Shown here: positions 40,064-50,452 of the stretch, piece by piece
How the letters are laid out: each line of letters starts with the position of its first letter
Position numbering within the stretch: the stretch's first letter is position 1
From: an uncultured Chloroflexia bacterium
GTDB taxonomy: Bacteria > Chloroflexota > Chloroflexia > Thermomicrobiales > UBA6265
Length of the DNA: 64,000 nucleotides
Reading direction: 5' to 3'
NCBI GenBank assembly: GCA_963751075.1
Contig: CAVVTE010000011.1
Coordinates: 291,177 to 355,176, forward strand
Position numbers and translations under genes: made by a program
The notes under the pieces: generated by a model
Told to the model about the DNA's origin: nothing
Seen by the model: only the letters and a program-made list of their open reading frames with translations
Database searches by the model: none

Positions 40064-41185
40064 ATGGCGGAATCATCAGGCGTTGGCGCTAGCGGTTCGA
40101 TCGTCGCTCGCGGCGTCATCGCCCGCGAGCCCGGCGAGCCTGGGGTTGTCGAGGAGTTCACGATCGATCCCCCCGGTCCCGGCGAAGCGCTCGTTCGTAT
40201 CCTCGCCAGTGGTGTTTGTCACACCGATCTTTCCGCAAAGAACGGCGTCTTTGGCACGGACGCCTTTCCCTTCCTGCTTGGGCACGAGGGAGCCGGGATT
40301 GTCGAGCGGGTGGGAGAGGGCGTCACGAATGTCGCCCCTGGCGATCACGTGATTCTTGCCTGGCGTGCACCCTGTGGTCAGTGCCGCTTCTGTCTGTCTG
40401 GCCAACCTCATCTCTGCGCCGCCAGCCTGAATGCCGAAAAGCGCATGCGCACCATGGACGGCATCACGCTGACTCCGATTCTCGGCATCGGCACCTTCTG
40501 TACTCACACCCTGGTCCACAGCAAGCAGTGCATCCCGTATGACCCGGCCCTGCCTCCGGAGCAGATGAGCCTGATCGGATGCGGCGTGATGACCGGCGTC
40601 GGTGCCGCGCTCTACTCGGCTGGGGTGAAACCGGGGACGTCAGTCGCCGTTTTCGGCTGTGGCGGCGTCGGCGACTCGGTCATCATGGGTAGTCGCATCG
40701 CCGGCGCGACGACGATCATCGGCGTCGACATCGACCCGCGCAAGTTGGAGTGGGCGCGCGAGTTCGGCGCTACCCACACTGTCAACCCGACCGAGGGGGA
40801 TCCGATCGAGGCGATCAAGGCAATTACCGGCGGCTACGGGGTGAACTACTCGTTCGAGGCTGTCGGTCGCCCGGATACGACCCTGCAGGCGATCTTCAGC
40901 CGGGACCTCGCCGGCACCTGCGTCATCATCGGGGTGGCCGGGCCGAGATCGACACTGGAGGAATTGCCGCTCGGCAAGTTCTTCGACCTCGGTGGCAGTC
41001 TCCGCGTCTCCTGGTACGGCGATTGCCTCCCGACGCGGGATTTCCCGATGCTGGCCCAGTGGTATCAGCAGGGTCAGCTCGATCTCGATCGCGTCGTGAC
41101 CCGAATCATCTCGCTCGACGAGTCCGAAGAAGGCTTCCACGCGATGGAGCGAGGGGAGACATTGAGATCGGTGATCCGGATCTGA
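40064..41185 (+). CDS. Zinc-dependent alcohol dehydrogenase (class III-like)
   Basis: ATG 40064 after GGAAGGGAG. GVCHTDL, GHEGAGIVE, a structural-zinc Cys cluster CGQCRFCLSGQPHLC and GCGGVG. Confidence 0.9.
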   Translation: MAESSGVGASGSIVARGVIAREPGEPGVVEEFTIDPPGPGEALVRILASGVCHTDLSAKNGVFGTDAFPFLLGHEGAGIVERVGEGVTNVAPGDHVILAWRAPCGQCRFCLSGQPHLCAASLNAEKRMRTMDGITLTPILGIGTFCTHTLVHSKQCIPYDPALPPEQMSLIGCGVMTGVGAALYSAGVKPGTSVAVFGCGGVGDSVIMGSRIAGATTIIGVDIDPRKLEWAREFGATHTVNPTEGDPIEAIKAITGGYGVNYSFEAVGRPDTTLQAIFSRDLAGTCVIIGVAGPRSTLEELPLGKFFDLGGSLRVSWYGDCLPTRDFPMLAQWYQQGQLDLDRVVTRIISLDESEEGFHAMERGETLRSVIRI

Positions 41186-41434
41186 CCCCTTGGCCCACAC
41201 ATGCGGCGTCATCGCCGATCGTAGCCGGGAGAGCTGCTGTCGAACCGGGGTTCCTGACGGCGAATGTCAGGGCACTTGCTCTGGCACGAGTTAACTGGCA
41301 AACGTACGAAATCGGTCTATTGGCGCGGACAACGACTCGGTAATCTACGGTCGGAATCAAATGCCGACCTGTGCATCCACTCGATTTGGTCGCAGAACGG
41401 CGCATACGGTGCCGGATCCTGAGCGGAGGCTACG

Positions 41435-41977
41435 ATGGAGATACCGACAACCGGGGTGCATCACATCACCCTGATCGGCTCGAATCGGCAGGATACGATC
41501 GACTTCTACCAGGGCGTTCTTGGTATGCCGCTCATCTTCGAGCAGCCGAATCTGGACGTTCCAGAGGAGATCCATCTCTACTTTGACGCGGGTGATGGCT
41601 GTCTCATCACCTTCTTTGTCCGGGAGCGGCGGGCGACAGACGCCACCCCGGTTCCTGAGGTCGTCGGCAACGTCCACCACATTGCGTACTCGGTCTCGCG
41701 TGAGACATTCGACCGCGCGGCGGCGGGGTTGGAAGCGTTGGGTTTCCCCAACACCGGCCGCGTTGACCGGGGATTCATGGACTCGCTCTACTTCCGCGAC
41801 CCGAACGGACTGCTGTTGGAGTTGGCCACCTACACGTTCGAGACGCCTCCCGGCGTCACGAGACGTGCCGTCTTCGAGCTCGCTCATCGCCTGCGTGTCG
41901 AACGTGGCGACTATGCCATCGGGCAGGAGCACCTCCAGGCGGCGATTGATCGGCTTCAACCTGCCTCGGTGTCGTAA
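41435..41977 (+). CDS. VOC family / ring-cleavage-dioxygenase-like protein
   Basis: 180 aa. GVHHITLIGSNRQDTIDFY and VHHIAYSV ... LYFRDPNGLLLEL. Confidence 0.8.
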   Translation: MEIPTTGVHHITLIGSNRQDTIDFYQGVLGMPLIFEQPNLDVPEEIHLYFDAGDGCLITFFVRERRATDATPVPEVVGNVHHIAYSVSRETFDRAAAGLEALGFPNTGRVDRGFMDSLYFRDPNGLLLELATYTFETPPGVTRRAVFELAHRLRVERGDYAIGQEHLQAAIDRLQPASVS

Positions 41978-42009
41978 CCAATGGCGATTCGTCATCCGTG
42001 GGCGGCCAC

Positions 42010-43156
42010 ATGAAGCGCAGCACGGAGCGAATGCTTACGACCCACACCGGTAGCTTGCCGCGCCCTCCCGACCTCCTCGCGGAACTACTGGGTCCGGGCG
42101 GGTCAATTTTCGAGACCGAAGTACGCGATCGGGTGCGGACGGCGGTGCGTGAGGTCGTTCAAAAACAGGTGGCGGCCGGGATCGACATCGTCAGCGACGG
42201 CGAGATCGGCAAACCCGGGTTCGCACACTACGTCAAGGATCGGCTGACCGGCTTTCAGGGTGCGGTCGCGCCCAGACCGTTTGCTCCGCGAGACTTGCTC
42301 GACTTCCCCGAAGTCGCGCGGCATCTCTTCGTGTCTGATGGGAAAGAGCTCCCGCGGCCCCCGATGCCGACCAACGACGGCCCCATCGCCTACGACGGTC
42401 GCGAACAACTTGTGATGGATCTGGACAATTTCTCGGCTGCGATCGAAGGCTTGCCCATGCGAAGGCTTCCTTCCCGCTGTATCTCCAGGCTGCGTCGCCA
42501 TGCTCATGGGCACCACCTATTACCCCAGCCGCCGGGACTTCCTGTTTGCGCTGGCGGATGCGCTGCGCGAGGAGTACCAGGCGATCGTCGACCGCGGCTT
42601 CGTCCTGCAGATCGACTGCCCGGATCTTGCCCTGGGCTACCACCTGGAGTTCGTAGATCGGCCCATCTCGGAGTTTCGAGCCGTCATTGAGCTCCATGTC
42701 GAGGTCCTGAACCACGCGCTAGCCGGAATAGATCCCGATTGGATCCGGGTCCACGTCTGTTGGGGCAACTACCCTGGCCCGCACCACCACGATATAGCCC
42801 TGGCCGACATTCTCGACATCATCTACAACGTAAATGCAACCGGTCTTTCGATCGAGGGCGCAAACCCCCGCCATGAGCACGAGTGGGCGGTGTTTGAGCA
42901 ACTTCCGTTGCCCGCTGGCAAGATCTTGATCCCGGGCGTGATTGATACCTGTACCAACTGCATCGAGCACCCGGAGACGGTCGCGCAGCGGATCGAGCGG
43001 TACGCGCGGGTCGTCGGTCGCGAGCAGGTGATCGCCGGTACCGACTGCGGATTCGCGACCATCGCCGGGAGATCAGCCGTCGCGCCTGACGTCGCCTACG
43101 CCAAGCTGGCCAGCCTCGCGGAAGGTGCGCGGCTGGCCAGTGCCAGGCTTTGGTAA
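42010..43156 (+). pseudogene. Cobalamin-independent methionine synthase-like (MetE C-terminal family), one frameshift
   Basis: THTGSLPRP ... DIVSDGEIGK in the first frame. After AAIEGLP the sequence continues as EGFLPAVSPGCVAMLM ... HVCWGNY ... GTDCGF in the +1 frame, shifting near 42460. Confidence 0.8.
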
Positions 43157-43244
43157 CGATTCGATGACTCTGGAAGGGACCCCTCAAGTCCTATCCCTTC
43201 GAGAATCAAGCCACTCGGTTTTCCCGCTGCAACTCGTCAGTGAC

Positions 43245-43276
43245 ACCGCGCCTGGGCCGCCTGGCCCAGGCGCGGT
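43245..43276. terminator. Bidirectional terminator hairpin
   Basis: accgcgcctgggcc (43245-43258), loop gcct, ggcccaggcgcggt (43263-43276), between convergent genes. Confidence 0.65.
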
Positions 43277-43292
43277 CGCCTGCCGTCGCGTA

Positions 43293-44402
43293 CTACTGCC
43301 CGGCGGCTGCGGCGGCTTCTTCCACGTTGTCGATGTTGTAGATGCTAAACGGGCCCATCAGCACACGTAGCCCCTCGACATCAGGCCGGGTCGGATCCAG
43401 GGTGATCTCGTACTCACCCATCCTGCCGGCCACGAAGGTCTCGCCCTCTACGCCTTCAATTGCTCCGGTCGCCAGCAAATAGGAGACATAGTACGTCAGG
43501 TAGCCGAGATCGACGAAGCTCCAGAGCGCGTACTCCGGCGCGCATCCGTTCAGCGTGTACTCCAGCATTTCTGTCGGGTCGCCGAGACCGGAGACCTTGA
43601 TCTCGTCACAAAGCCCCTCGTCCTGAACGGCCTTCGCCGCCGAGACAATGCCGACCGAGGTCGGGGCCATGATCAGTTCCATATCCGGGTGCTTGGAGAT
43701 CAGCGCCTGCGCCTGCTCGTAGCTCTTCTCGGACTGGTCATCGCCGTAGACGACCTCTAACAGCTCGAGATTGGCGTATTTAGGATCCTCGAGATACTGT
43801 TCCAGTGCCGCGATCCAGGAGTTCTGATTCGCCGCGTCGGGCGACGCGGAGAGAATGGCAAATTGCCCACCATCCTCGCCCAGGATCGAGAGCGCCATGT
43901 CGGCCATCACCTCACCGGTTTCCGTGAAGTCGACCTGGGCTACGAACAGACTCTCGCCCTCCCCGGACGGAATAAAGGAGTCCCACGTGACCACCCTTGT
44001 CCCCGCCTCCTGAGCCGCAACGGCCGCAGGTGCGATCTGGTCGCCGGAGTTGTTGGACAGCATCACGACGTCGTAGCCGCCTGCCGGCGCATTGGTCACG
44101 AACTCGATCTGGCCCGCGACGCTGTTCTCGGCGGTCGGTCCAACGAAGTCGAGTGCCGTCGGGTTGCCCAGTTCCTCCGCGGCTTCCTGGGCGCCCTGAT
44201 TTGCCTGATCAAACACCGCGATGCCCAGGAACTTGGGCAGCAACATCATCTTGACGTCCTGCCCGGGCTCCGCGGTTACCGCCTCTCCGGCGACCGGTGA
44301 CCCAGCGACCGGGGTCTGCGCCAGAGTGACAGCCCCCATGTTCGCGACCAGCAGACCGGCGCACATGACACCGGTCAATAACCCACGCCTCTTCACGTTC
44401 AC
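43293..44402 (-). CDS. Sugar ABC transporter substrate-binding protein (RhaS/LsrB-like periplasmic binding fold)
   Basis: 369 aa. Signal peptide, then [23 protein letters not shown] typical of type-I sugar binding proteins. It is the last gene of the operon. Confidence 0.85.
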   Translation of the reverse strand: MNVKRRGLLTGVMCAGLLVANMGAVTLAQTPVAGSPVAGEAVTAEPGQDVKMMLLPKFLGIAVFDQANQGAQEAAEELGNPTALDFVGPTAENSVAGQIEFVTNAPAGGYDVVMLSNNSGDQIAPAAVAAQEAGTRVVTWDSFIPSGEGESLFVAQVDFTETGEVMADMALSILGEDGGQFAILSASPDAANQNSWIAALEQYLEDPKYANLELLEVVYGDDQSEKSYEQAQALISKHPDMELIMAPTSVGIVSAAKAVQDEGLCDEIKVSGLGDPTEMLEYTLNGCAPEYALWSFVDLGYLTYYVSYLLATGAIEGVEGETFVAGRMGEYEITLDPTRPDVEGLRVLMGPFSIYNIDNVEEAAAAAGQ

Positions 44403-44478
44403 CTGTTCCTCCTCTTCATCGCCGAAGAATCGCCGGACTTCATCATCGCATGCTTGTGCTGGCGCCGCCGCACAGCAC

Positions 44479-45516
44479 TTACCCGGGCGCTGCCTGCGAG
44501 CGCGTGGACTCCGCCACCCCGGACGGAGGAGCGCGCATGCTCGGATCTGCCTGTCGCCGGCGAAGCCGGTCCTGCACCCGGCCGGCGAGGTTGGGCACGA
44601 GCACCGACAGAATCAACAGCAGGCCAATGATCCCCGTTTGGGTATTGCCCGTAACGCCGGCGATGATCAGGCCGTTGCGGAGGTTGAGCACCAGGTACGT
44701 CGAGAGAAGCACGCCGACCATCGACCCGACGCCGCCGAAGATGCTCACCCCGCCCAGCAGCACCACCGTGATGATGTCGAGCTCGAATCCTTCTGCCGTG
44801 CTGGCTCGCACCGCGCCCAGCCGGGCCGCCATCAGCACCCCGGCCAGCGCCGAGATGAAACCGCTCAGCGTGAAGATGATCATTCTGGTGCGCGCTACCG
44901 AGACCCCCGAAAACCGGGCCACCTGCGCGCTGTTGCCGATCACGTAGGTCAGCCGTCCCAGCCCGCTCCGGTGAAGCACGACGGCGGCAATCACGGCCAG
45001 CACCGCGAAGATCAGGATTGAAAGCGTCAGCGGCCCGATCAGACCCCGCTGTCCCAAATTCGTAAACCACTCGGGAAACCCACCGACCGACCGGTCCTGG
45101 ACCAGCAAGCGCGCGAGGCCGCGAAATCCAACGTAGCCCGCCAGCGTCACCGCTAGCGAGCTCAATCCAACGACGGCGACGAAGTAGCCGTTGAGCAGAC
45201 CGAATCCGATGCCGACGCCCAGTGCCACAAGAATGGCCAGCACCATCGGCGCCCCGGACTCGAAGAGGGCCGCCGTGACAGCCGCCGAGAGTCCCATCAT
45301 CGAGGCCACCGACAGGTCGATCTCGCCACTGATGATGACGAAGGTCATGATCAGGACGACGATGGCCTTCTCGATCCCGAGCTGAAAGAGATTGACCTGG
45401 TTGCTAATCGTCAGGAAGTTGGGCACGCGGGTGATGTTGTAGGCCAGGATCACCAGCAGGACGACGAGGAGCAGTCCCTCCCAGCTCCGCAGGCGACGGA
45501 GCATCTCACGCGCCAT
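44479..45516 (-). CDS. Sugar ABC transporter permease (RhaQ/RbsC-like)
   Basis: 345 aa, about 9-10 TM segments, branched-chain/ribose-type permease pattern [13 protein letters not shown]. Confidence 0.9.
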   Translation of the reverse strand: MAREMLRRLRSWEGLLLVVLLVILAYNITRVPNFLTISNQVNLFQLGIEKAIVVLIMTFVIISGEIDLSVASMMGLSAAVTAALFESGAPMVLAILVALGVGIGFGLLNGYFVAVVGLSSLAVTLAGYVGFRGLARLLVQDRSVGGFPEWFTNLGQRGLIGPLTLSILIFAVLAVIAAVVLHRSGLGRLTYVIGNSAQVARFSGVSVARTRMIIFTLSGFISALAGVLMAARLGAVRASTAEGFELDIITVVLLGGVSIFGGVGSMVGVLLSTYLVLNLRNGLIIAGVTGNTQTGIIGLLLILSVLVPNLAGRVQDRLRRRQADPSMRAPPSGVAESTRSQAAPG

Positions 45517-46576
45517 GGGCCACTCCTCGCTCCTCGGCTATGGCGGCCTGCGCGCGCGCGTGATCGCGGCGGCGAACGCGAACCCACATCTCCCGCAATC
45601 GACCCAGGATGATCGTATCTGCCGTAACGGCGACCAGAATCAGGAGACCGAGGATGGCGTCCTTGACGAACTCGCTGACGCCCGCCCAGCGTAAGAGACT
45701 CTGTTGCAGGGTCTCGATCATGAGCACGCCGAGCACCGCTCCGAACATCGAGCCCGCTCCCCCGAAGATATTGACTCCACCGACGACCACCGCGGCCACG
45801 ACCTGCAATTCCAGTCCTTGTGCCGCCGTCACCGTGATATTGCCAAATCGCACCAGGAACATGAACCCGGCCAGGCCAGAGAGCGTGCCGGAGATGGCGA
45901 ACGCGGTAAATACGTCCCGCTGCACCGGCAGCCCGGCCGTCCGCGCCGCCTCCGGATTCGATCCAATGGCATAGAGTCGGCGCCCGAACGGCAGGTACCG
46001 CAACACCAATTGACCGAGAATGGCGACCAACAACGCGACGCCCACCATCAGTCGCAGGTCGTAGCCTCCAGCAGACGCCAGGGTCGCGCTCGGTACGTCG
46101 TTCAGCCAGTCCGGAAGATCAGCGGTGGTGACCGTCCTGGCGCCGGAGAACTCGACGAGCACCACCCGGTAGAGTGCCAGCGTCCCTAACGTGGCGATGA
46201 TGGCCGGCACCTTGCCGTAGGCGACGATCAGACCGTTGATCGCACCCAGGACGAGACCGATCGCCATCGCCAGAGCCGCGGCAACAAGCGGATGCATCCC
46301 CTCGACCCGCGTCAGGAGCGTGCCGACGACGTAGGCCGTCAGCCCCACCATCGAGGAGACCGACAGGTCGATGTTCCGGGTCAGCACGACCAGCACCTGT
46401 CCGACCGCCACGACCAGCGTTATCGCCAGCCCCGTCGTGAGCCGGTTCACGCTTCGGGGGTCGAAATAGTTCGGAATCTGCGAGGCGAAAAAGAGGAGTA
46501 ATCCGATAGTCACGAAGAGCAGGATGAACTCGCGGAACTGCTCCGGCCGGACGCGGCGGAGAATCGAATCGCTCAC
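45506..46576 (-). CDS. Sugar ABC transporter permease (RhaP/RbsC-like)
   Basis: 356 aa. [12 protein letters not shown]. Overlaps both neighbouring genes. Confidence 0.9.
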   Translation of the reverse strand: MSDSILRRVRPEQFREFILLFVTIGLLLFFASQIPNYFDPRSVNRLTTGLAITLVVAVGQVLVVLTRNIDLSVSSMVGLTAYVVGTLLTRVEGMHPLVAAALAMAIGLVLGAINGLIVAYGKVPAIIATLGTLALYRVVLVEFSGARTVTTADLPDWLNDVPSATLASAGGYDLRLMVGVALLVAILGQLVLRYLPFGRRLYAIGSNPEAARTAGLPVQRDVFTAFAISGTLSGLAGFMFLVRFGNITVTAAQGLELQVVAAVVVGGVNIFGGAGSMFGAVLGVLMIETLQQSLLRWAGVSEFVKDAILGLLILVAVTADTIILGRLREMWVRVRRRDHARAQAAIAEERGVAHGA

Positions 46577-48225
46577 TGACGCTCTCCATCAACAAGGCCG
46601 CCGCCTGCGACCAGTCGATCTATCGCTGCGATCGCCTCTGCCGCCGCGGCCCGGTCGATCCCTTCTTCCTCGGGGAGGACATCGCTGGATTGCCCCATGG
46701 CCGCCGAAAGCACCCGCTCCTGCGTGGCTTCGTGGTGGTCGAAGATGGCCATCTGCCGACCCTCACGCATGACCAGGACACGATCGCTCATCGCCAGCAC
46801 CTCAGGCAGATCCGAGCTAATGAGGATGATCGCCATTCCTCTGGCCGCCAGGTCGTCGATCAGCTGATGAACCTCCACCTTCGCGCCGACGTCGATGCCG
46901 CGCGTCGGCTCGTCGAGGATCAGCACCTTGGGGTTCGTCTCGAGCCACTTGCTGATCACCACCTTTTGCTGGTTGCCGCCGGAGAGTGATGCCGTTGGTG
47001 TTTCAACCGACGCGGCCCGAATGCTCAATCGTTGCCGGAAGGCCTCGGCGGCGGCGCGCTCCTGGGAGCGACGCACCATCCCACTTGGAGACAGAAAGCG
47101 TGGCAGAGAGGGCAACGAAACATTTGCTGCGATCGAAAGAGGCATCACCAGACCGAGTTGCCGCCGGTCCTCGGTGCTGTATGCGATCCCGAGCTCCATC
47201 GCGTCGCGAGGGTTGGTAATGGTCACCCGCCTCCCCTCGAGTTCGATCTCGCCGGCGTCCGCCGGGCCGATCCCGAACAACGCCAGTCCGATATCGGTCC
47301 GGCCTGCCCCCACGAGACCGGCAAACCCCAGCACCTCCCCGGCCCGCAGCTCGAAGGAAACGTCCTGAAACACGCCCTCCCGGCCGAGGCCACGCACAGC
47401 CAGCAACACCGCGCCCGGTTCTCGCCGTGAGCGCCGGAAGAGCTCCTGCACCTCGCGTCCGACCATCTGCCGAATCGCTGCCCCTGGCGTCAGCTCGGCA
47501 CGCGGTGTCGTCGAGATCCACCGGCCGTCGCGCAGAATCGTCACCCGATCGGCGATTTCGAACACCTCTTCCATTCGGTGCGAGATGAAGAGGATCGCCA
47601 CCCCTTGCTGGCGCAGCGTATGCACGATGCGAAAAAGCTGCTGCACCTCATGCGCTGAGAGCGACGCCGTCGGTTCGTCCATGATCAGCACGCGTACGTC
47701 GAGGGAGATCGCCTTCGCGATCTCGACCGTTTGCTGCTCGGCGAGGGTCAGGCCACGAGCTGGTTCGCCGACGTCGAGACTCATGTCGAGCCGGGCCAGC
47801 ACCTCCGCCGCCTCTCGCTCCATCCCCCGCCGGTCGACAAGCTTCCCCCGATTGCGGTGGCCAATGAAGATGTTCTCCGCCACGGACAAGTCCGGGAAGA
47901 TCATCGGCTCCTGATAGATCGCGGCGACGCCGAGCCGTTGCGCGTCCTGCGACGAGGTAACCCGGACCGGCTTCCCATCGATTCGGATCTCGCCCGCATC
48001 CTGGGTCTGGATGCCGGTCATGATCTTGATCAAGGTCGATTTGCCGGCGCCGTTCTCGCCCAACAGCGCGTGGATTTCGCCGCGTCGTAGCGCCAGAGAA
48101 ACGTCGTCGAGCGCTAACGTGGCCCCGAACTGCTTCGAGACGCGCTCCATCTCGAGCACCGGGTGCTCTTCCCCGGTCGCCATGGGCTCTACGTTAAGCG
48201 ACCGCTCCGTCACGGACTGGATCAT
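46573..48225 (-). CDS. Sugar ABC transporter ATP-binding protein, duplicated ATPase (RhaT/RbsA-like)
   Basis: Two NBDs: GENGAGKST / [11 protein letters not shown] / LIMDEPT and LSGGNQQKV / LILDEPTRG. An alternative start is ATG 48183. Confidence 0.9.
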   Translation of the reverse strand: MIQSVTERSLNVEPMATGEEHPVLEMERVSKQFGATLALDDVSLALRRGEIHALLGENGAGKSTLIKIMTGIQTQDAGEIRIDGKPVRVTSSQDAQRLGVAAIYQEPMIFPDLSVAENIFIGHRNRGKLVDRRGMEREAAEVLARLDMSLDVGEPARGLTLAEQQTVEIAKAISLDVRVLIMDEPTASLSAHEVQQLFRIVHTLRQQGVAILFISHRMEEVFEIADRVTILRDGRWISTTPRAELTPGAAIRQMVGREVQELFRRSRREPGAVLLAVRGLGREGVFQDVSFELRAGEVLGFAGLVGAGRTDIGLALFGIGPADAGEIELEGRRVTITNPRDAMELGIAYSTEDRRQLGLVMPLSIAANVSLPSLPRFLSPSGMVRRSQERAAAEAFRQRLSIRAASVETPTASLSGGNQQKVVISKWLETNPKVLILDEPTRGIDVGAKVEVHQLIDDLAARGMAIILISSDLPEVLAMSDRVLVMREGRQMAIFDHHEATQERVLSAAMGQSSDVLPEEEGIDRAAAAEAIAAIDRLVAGGGLVDGERQ

Positions 48226-48248
48226 TCCGTTCGCGCCCCTCGTTCCGG

Positions 48249-48280
48249 GCCCCGGGAGCCGAGGCCTCGGCTCCCGGGGC
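48249..48280. repeat. Perfect 32-bp GC-rich palindrome
   Basis: gccccgggagccgagg/cctcggctcccggggc, about 25 nt upstream of the ATPase ORF start at 48225 (minus strand). Confidence 0.6.
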
Positions 48281-48337
48281 TCGGTCGGTCTTCTTGAACT
48301 CTGAGGGCCGCCATGAAAGCACAGTCGGCTTCAGGAC

Positions 48338-48425
48338 GCAACCGGCAGCACTAGCGACAACGCTCGCCCAACCGCAGCACCCACGGCTGCGCTTACCCAA
48401 CCAGAGCACTCACGACTCCGCTCAC
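48338..48425. repeat. Three degenerate tandem repeats of about 29 bp
   Basis: Units 48338-48367, 48368-48396 and 48397-48425 share CCAACC(G/A).AGCAC..ACG.CT.CGCT.AC. Units 2 and 3 match at about 23 of 29 positions by eye. Confidence 0.5.
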
Positions 48426-48646
48426 CCGACCACCCTCGTCTTCAAATGATCCCCTCGGACTCATCACCGATCGGGCAGCACGAGCCCGTCGCGGCTCGAC
48501 GCGCCGCAGCGCAACGAGGCATCCAGGTGGAGAACGGCGTCACGATTCGGCAGCTCCTCGAGGGATAACGCGCCGGTCGTCTGTCACGGCGTGATCTCCT
48601 GATCCAGGTCCGTTCCCCTGAAATCACAAAATCCTCTTTCAAAATA

Positions 48647-48660
48647 AGAACATATGTTCT
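48647..48660 (+). promoter_or_regulatory. LexA (SOS) box of the GAAC-N4-GTTC type overlapping a -10-like hexamer
   Basis: AGAACATATGTTCT is a perfect palindrome in a locally AT-rich stretch. TATTAT at 48660-48665. The RepA-like ORF starts about 95 nt downstream. Confidence 0.55.
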
Positions 48661-48759
48661 ATTATGGATGCTCTTGTTGGCCGATCAAGCGCTAATGCGG
48701 CTTTCGGCGCGTGATCTCACACGAATGCGCGACCACCGGGATCGCCTGGAGGGGACAGG

Positions 48760-50202
48760 ATGATGGCTGCAGACGGCGCGGACAACGAGCCGGACCAGGT
48801 GCCGGACGCCTTCTTGGAGGCCGTGCGCCCGGAGCACCGCGCGGACCTGCGCGCCCTCGTGCAAACCGCGCAAGAGCCGCCGCCGAACAATGCGGCGTCC
48901 GATCGGCGCGCCGACCGGACCCCGGATGACGACTCCGGCGCTGGCGAAGGTAGCCCGCGCTCCCCCAGGTCGACCCGCGAACCGTTCCCTGCCCTCAACC
49001 CGGCCCAGTCGGCGCGCGTCACCAACGCGTTGATCGTCGCCGCTGAACGATTGGCGGGAGTCCCCATCGCTCACAGCCTCATCCAGTCCCCGGACGCACC
49101 GTCCCGGACTACGGAGCTGCCGGGCACGACCGGCATGACCGGCCGTCAGTCGCTGGGAAACGCCGTCCGCCTCAGTGACGTCACCCCGGAGCGAATCCGC
49201 TGGCTCTGGCCGGGTCGTGTCCCCGCCGGTAAGATCACCGTCCTCGATGGCGATCCCGGTCTCGGCAAGAGCACGCTTCTCTGCGAGGTCGCCGCCCGCA
49301 TCACTCGTGGCGACCCCCTCCCCGGCGGCGAACCGGCTGCCCCCCGGGGCGTCCTCCTCTTGTCTGCCGAGGACGACCTCTCGACACCATCCGCCCTCGC
49401 ATCGATGCCGCCGGCGGCGATCCCGACCGCATCGGCACCCTCCTCGCCATTCCGGATCGCACCGAAACCGGACGGCCCTTCTCCATCCCTGGCGACCTCC
49501 CCATTCTCGATGCCGTCGTTGAACGGCTCGATGCTGCCCTCGTCATCGTCGACCCGCTCGTCGCCTATCTGCGCCCCGGCATCAGCGCCAATCGGGACCA
49601 GGATGTCCGCCGGGCCTTGGCCGCCCTCAAGGCCTCGGCTCGAGCGCACCGGCGCCGCCATCGTCGTCGTTCGCCATCTCAACAAGTCGGCGCAGACGAA
49701 CCCGCTCTATCGCGGCCTCGGCAGCATCGGTATCATCGGCGCCGCCCGCTGTGCCCTGCTCCTGGCCGCCGATCCCGACGATGCCGACCGCCGCATCCTT
49801 GCCGTCAGCAAAGGCAATCTCGCTCGTCCTCCCGCCGCCCTCGCCTTCCGCCTGGATGATGTTCCCGGCACCGATGTCGCGCGTATCGTCTGGGAAGGAG
49901 AGAGTCCCTGGACGGCTGGCGAGCTCCTCGGCCGCCTGCCGGCCGAGGAGGGTGATGAGTCGCGCTCCGCCGTCGATGACGCCCGTGCCTGGCTGCGCGA
50001 AGCCCTGGCGGCCGGACCGCGTCCCGCGAGTGAGCTGCGCCGGGAATCCGCCGCCCGCGGGATTGGCCTGTCCACCCTCTATGCGGCGCGCAAGGCCGAG
50101 GGCATCGCGACCGCGAAGGAGCACATCGCTAGGGGCCGCTGGCTGTGGATGCTCCAGGACAACTCAGGTGGACGTGAAGATGCGGTCCCTTCCGGCTCGT
50201 GA
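48760..50202 (+). pseudogene. RecA-fold AAA ATPase (RepA / AAA_25-like, mobile-element type) with two compensating frameshifts
   Basis: GGAGGGG-N5-ATG. ERIRWLWPGRVPAGKITVLDGDPGLGKSTL, with Walker A. Between about 49382 and 49641 the conserved sequence (DTIRPRIDAAGGDPDRIG ... LVIVDPLVAYL ... DVRRALAALKA) is in the +1 frame, then returns to ERTGAAIVVVRHLNKS. Confidence 0.75.
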
Positions 50203-50205
50203 GAT

Positions 50206-50232
50206 GTTCAACACCTTCAACATCTTCAACAC
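50206..50232 (+). repeat. Three tandem 9-bp iteron-like repeats
   Basis: GTTCAACAC CTTCAACAT CTTCAACAC, starting 4 nt after the ATPase stop. Confidence 0.6.
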
Positions 50233-50452
50233 ATTTGATCCCAACCAGCACCGCTGCGTGAACCGGTAATCCGCCACACCCAGCTGACATCGTGCCGTGA
50301 CAGACTCCTTCGCCGGAACTCCGTGGGACTGACTCCGGAGCGGAGCGAACGCACTTTCACAGGCAGCCCCGCGAAAGCGCTATTGGCGATACACTACAGA
50401 CGCCCTCGGCGCGATGTGACGCGGCCCATCTACTCTGGAGCGACGACTGCTT

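Noticed and set aside
48685-49685. Several minus-strand ORFs (129, 116 and 179 aa) opposite the RepA-like gene
   Set aside because: They are Arg/Ser/Gly-rich shadows of the plus-strand gene with no start signals.
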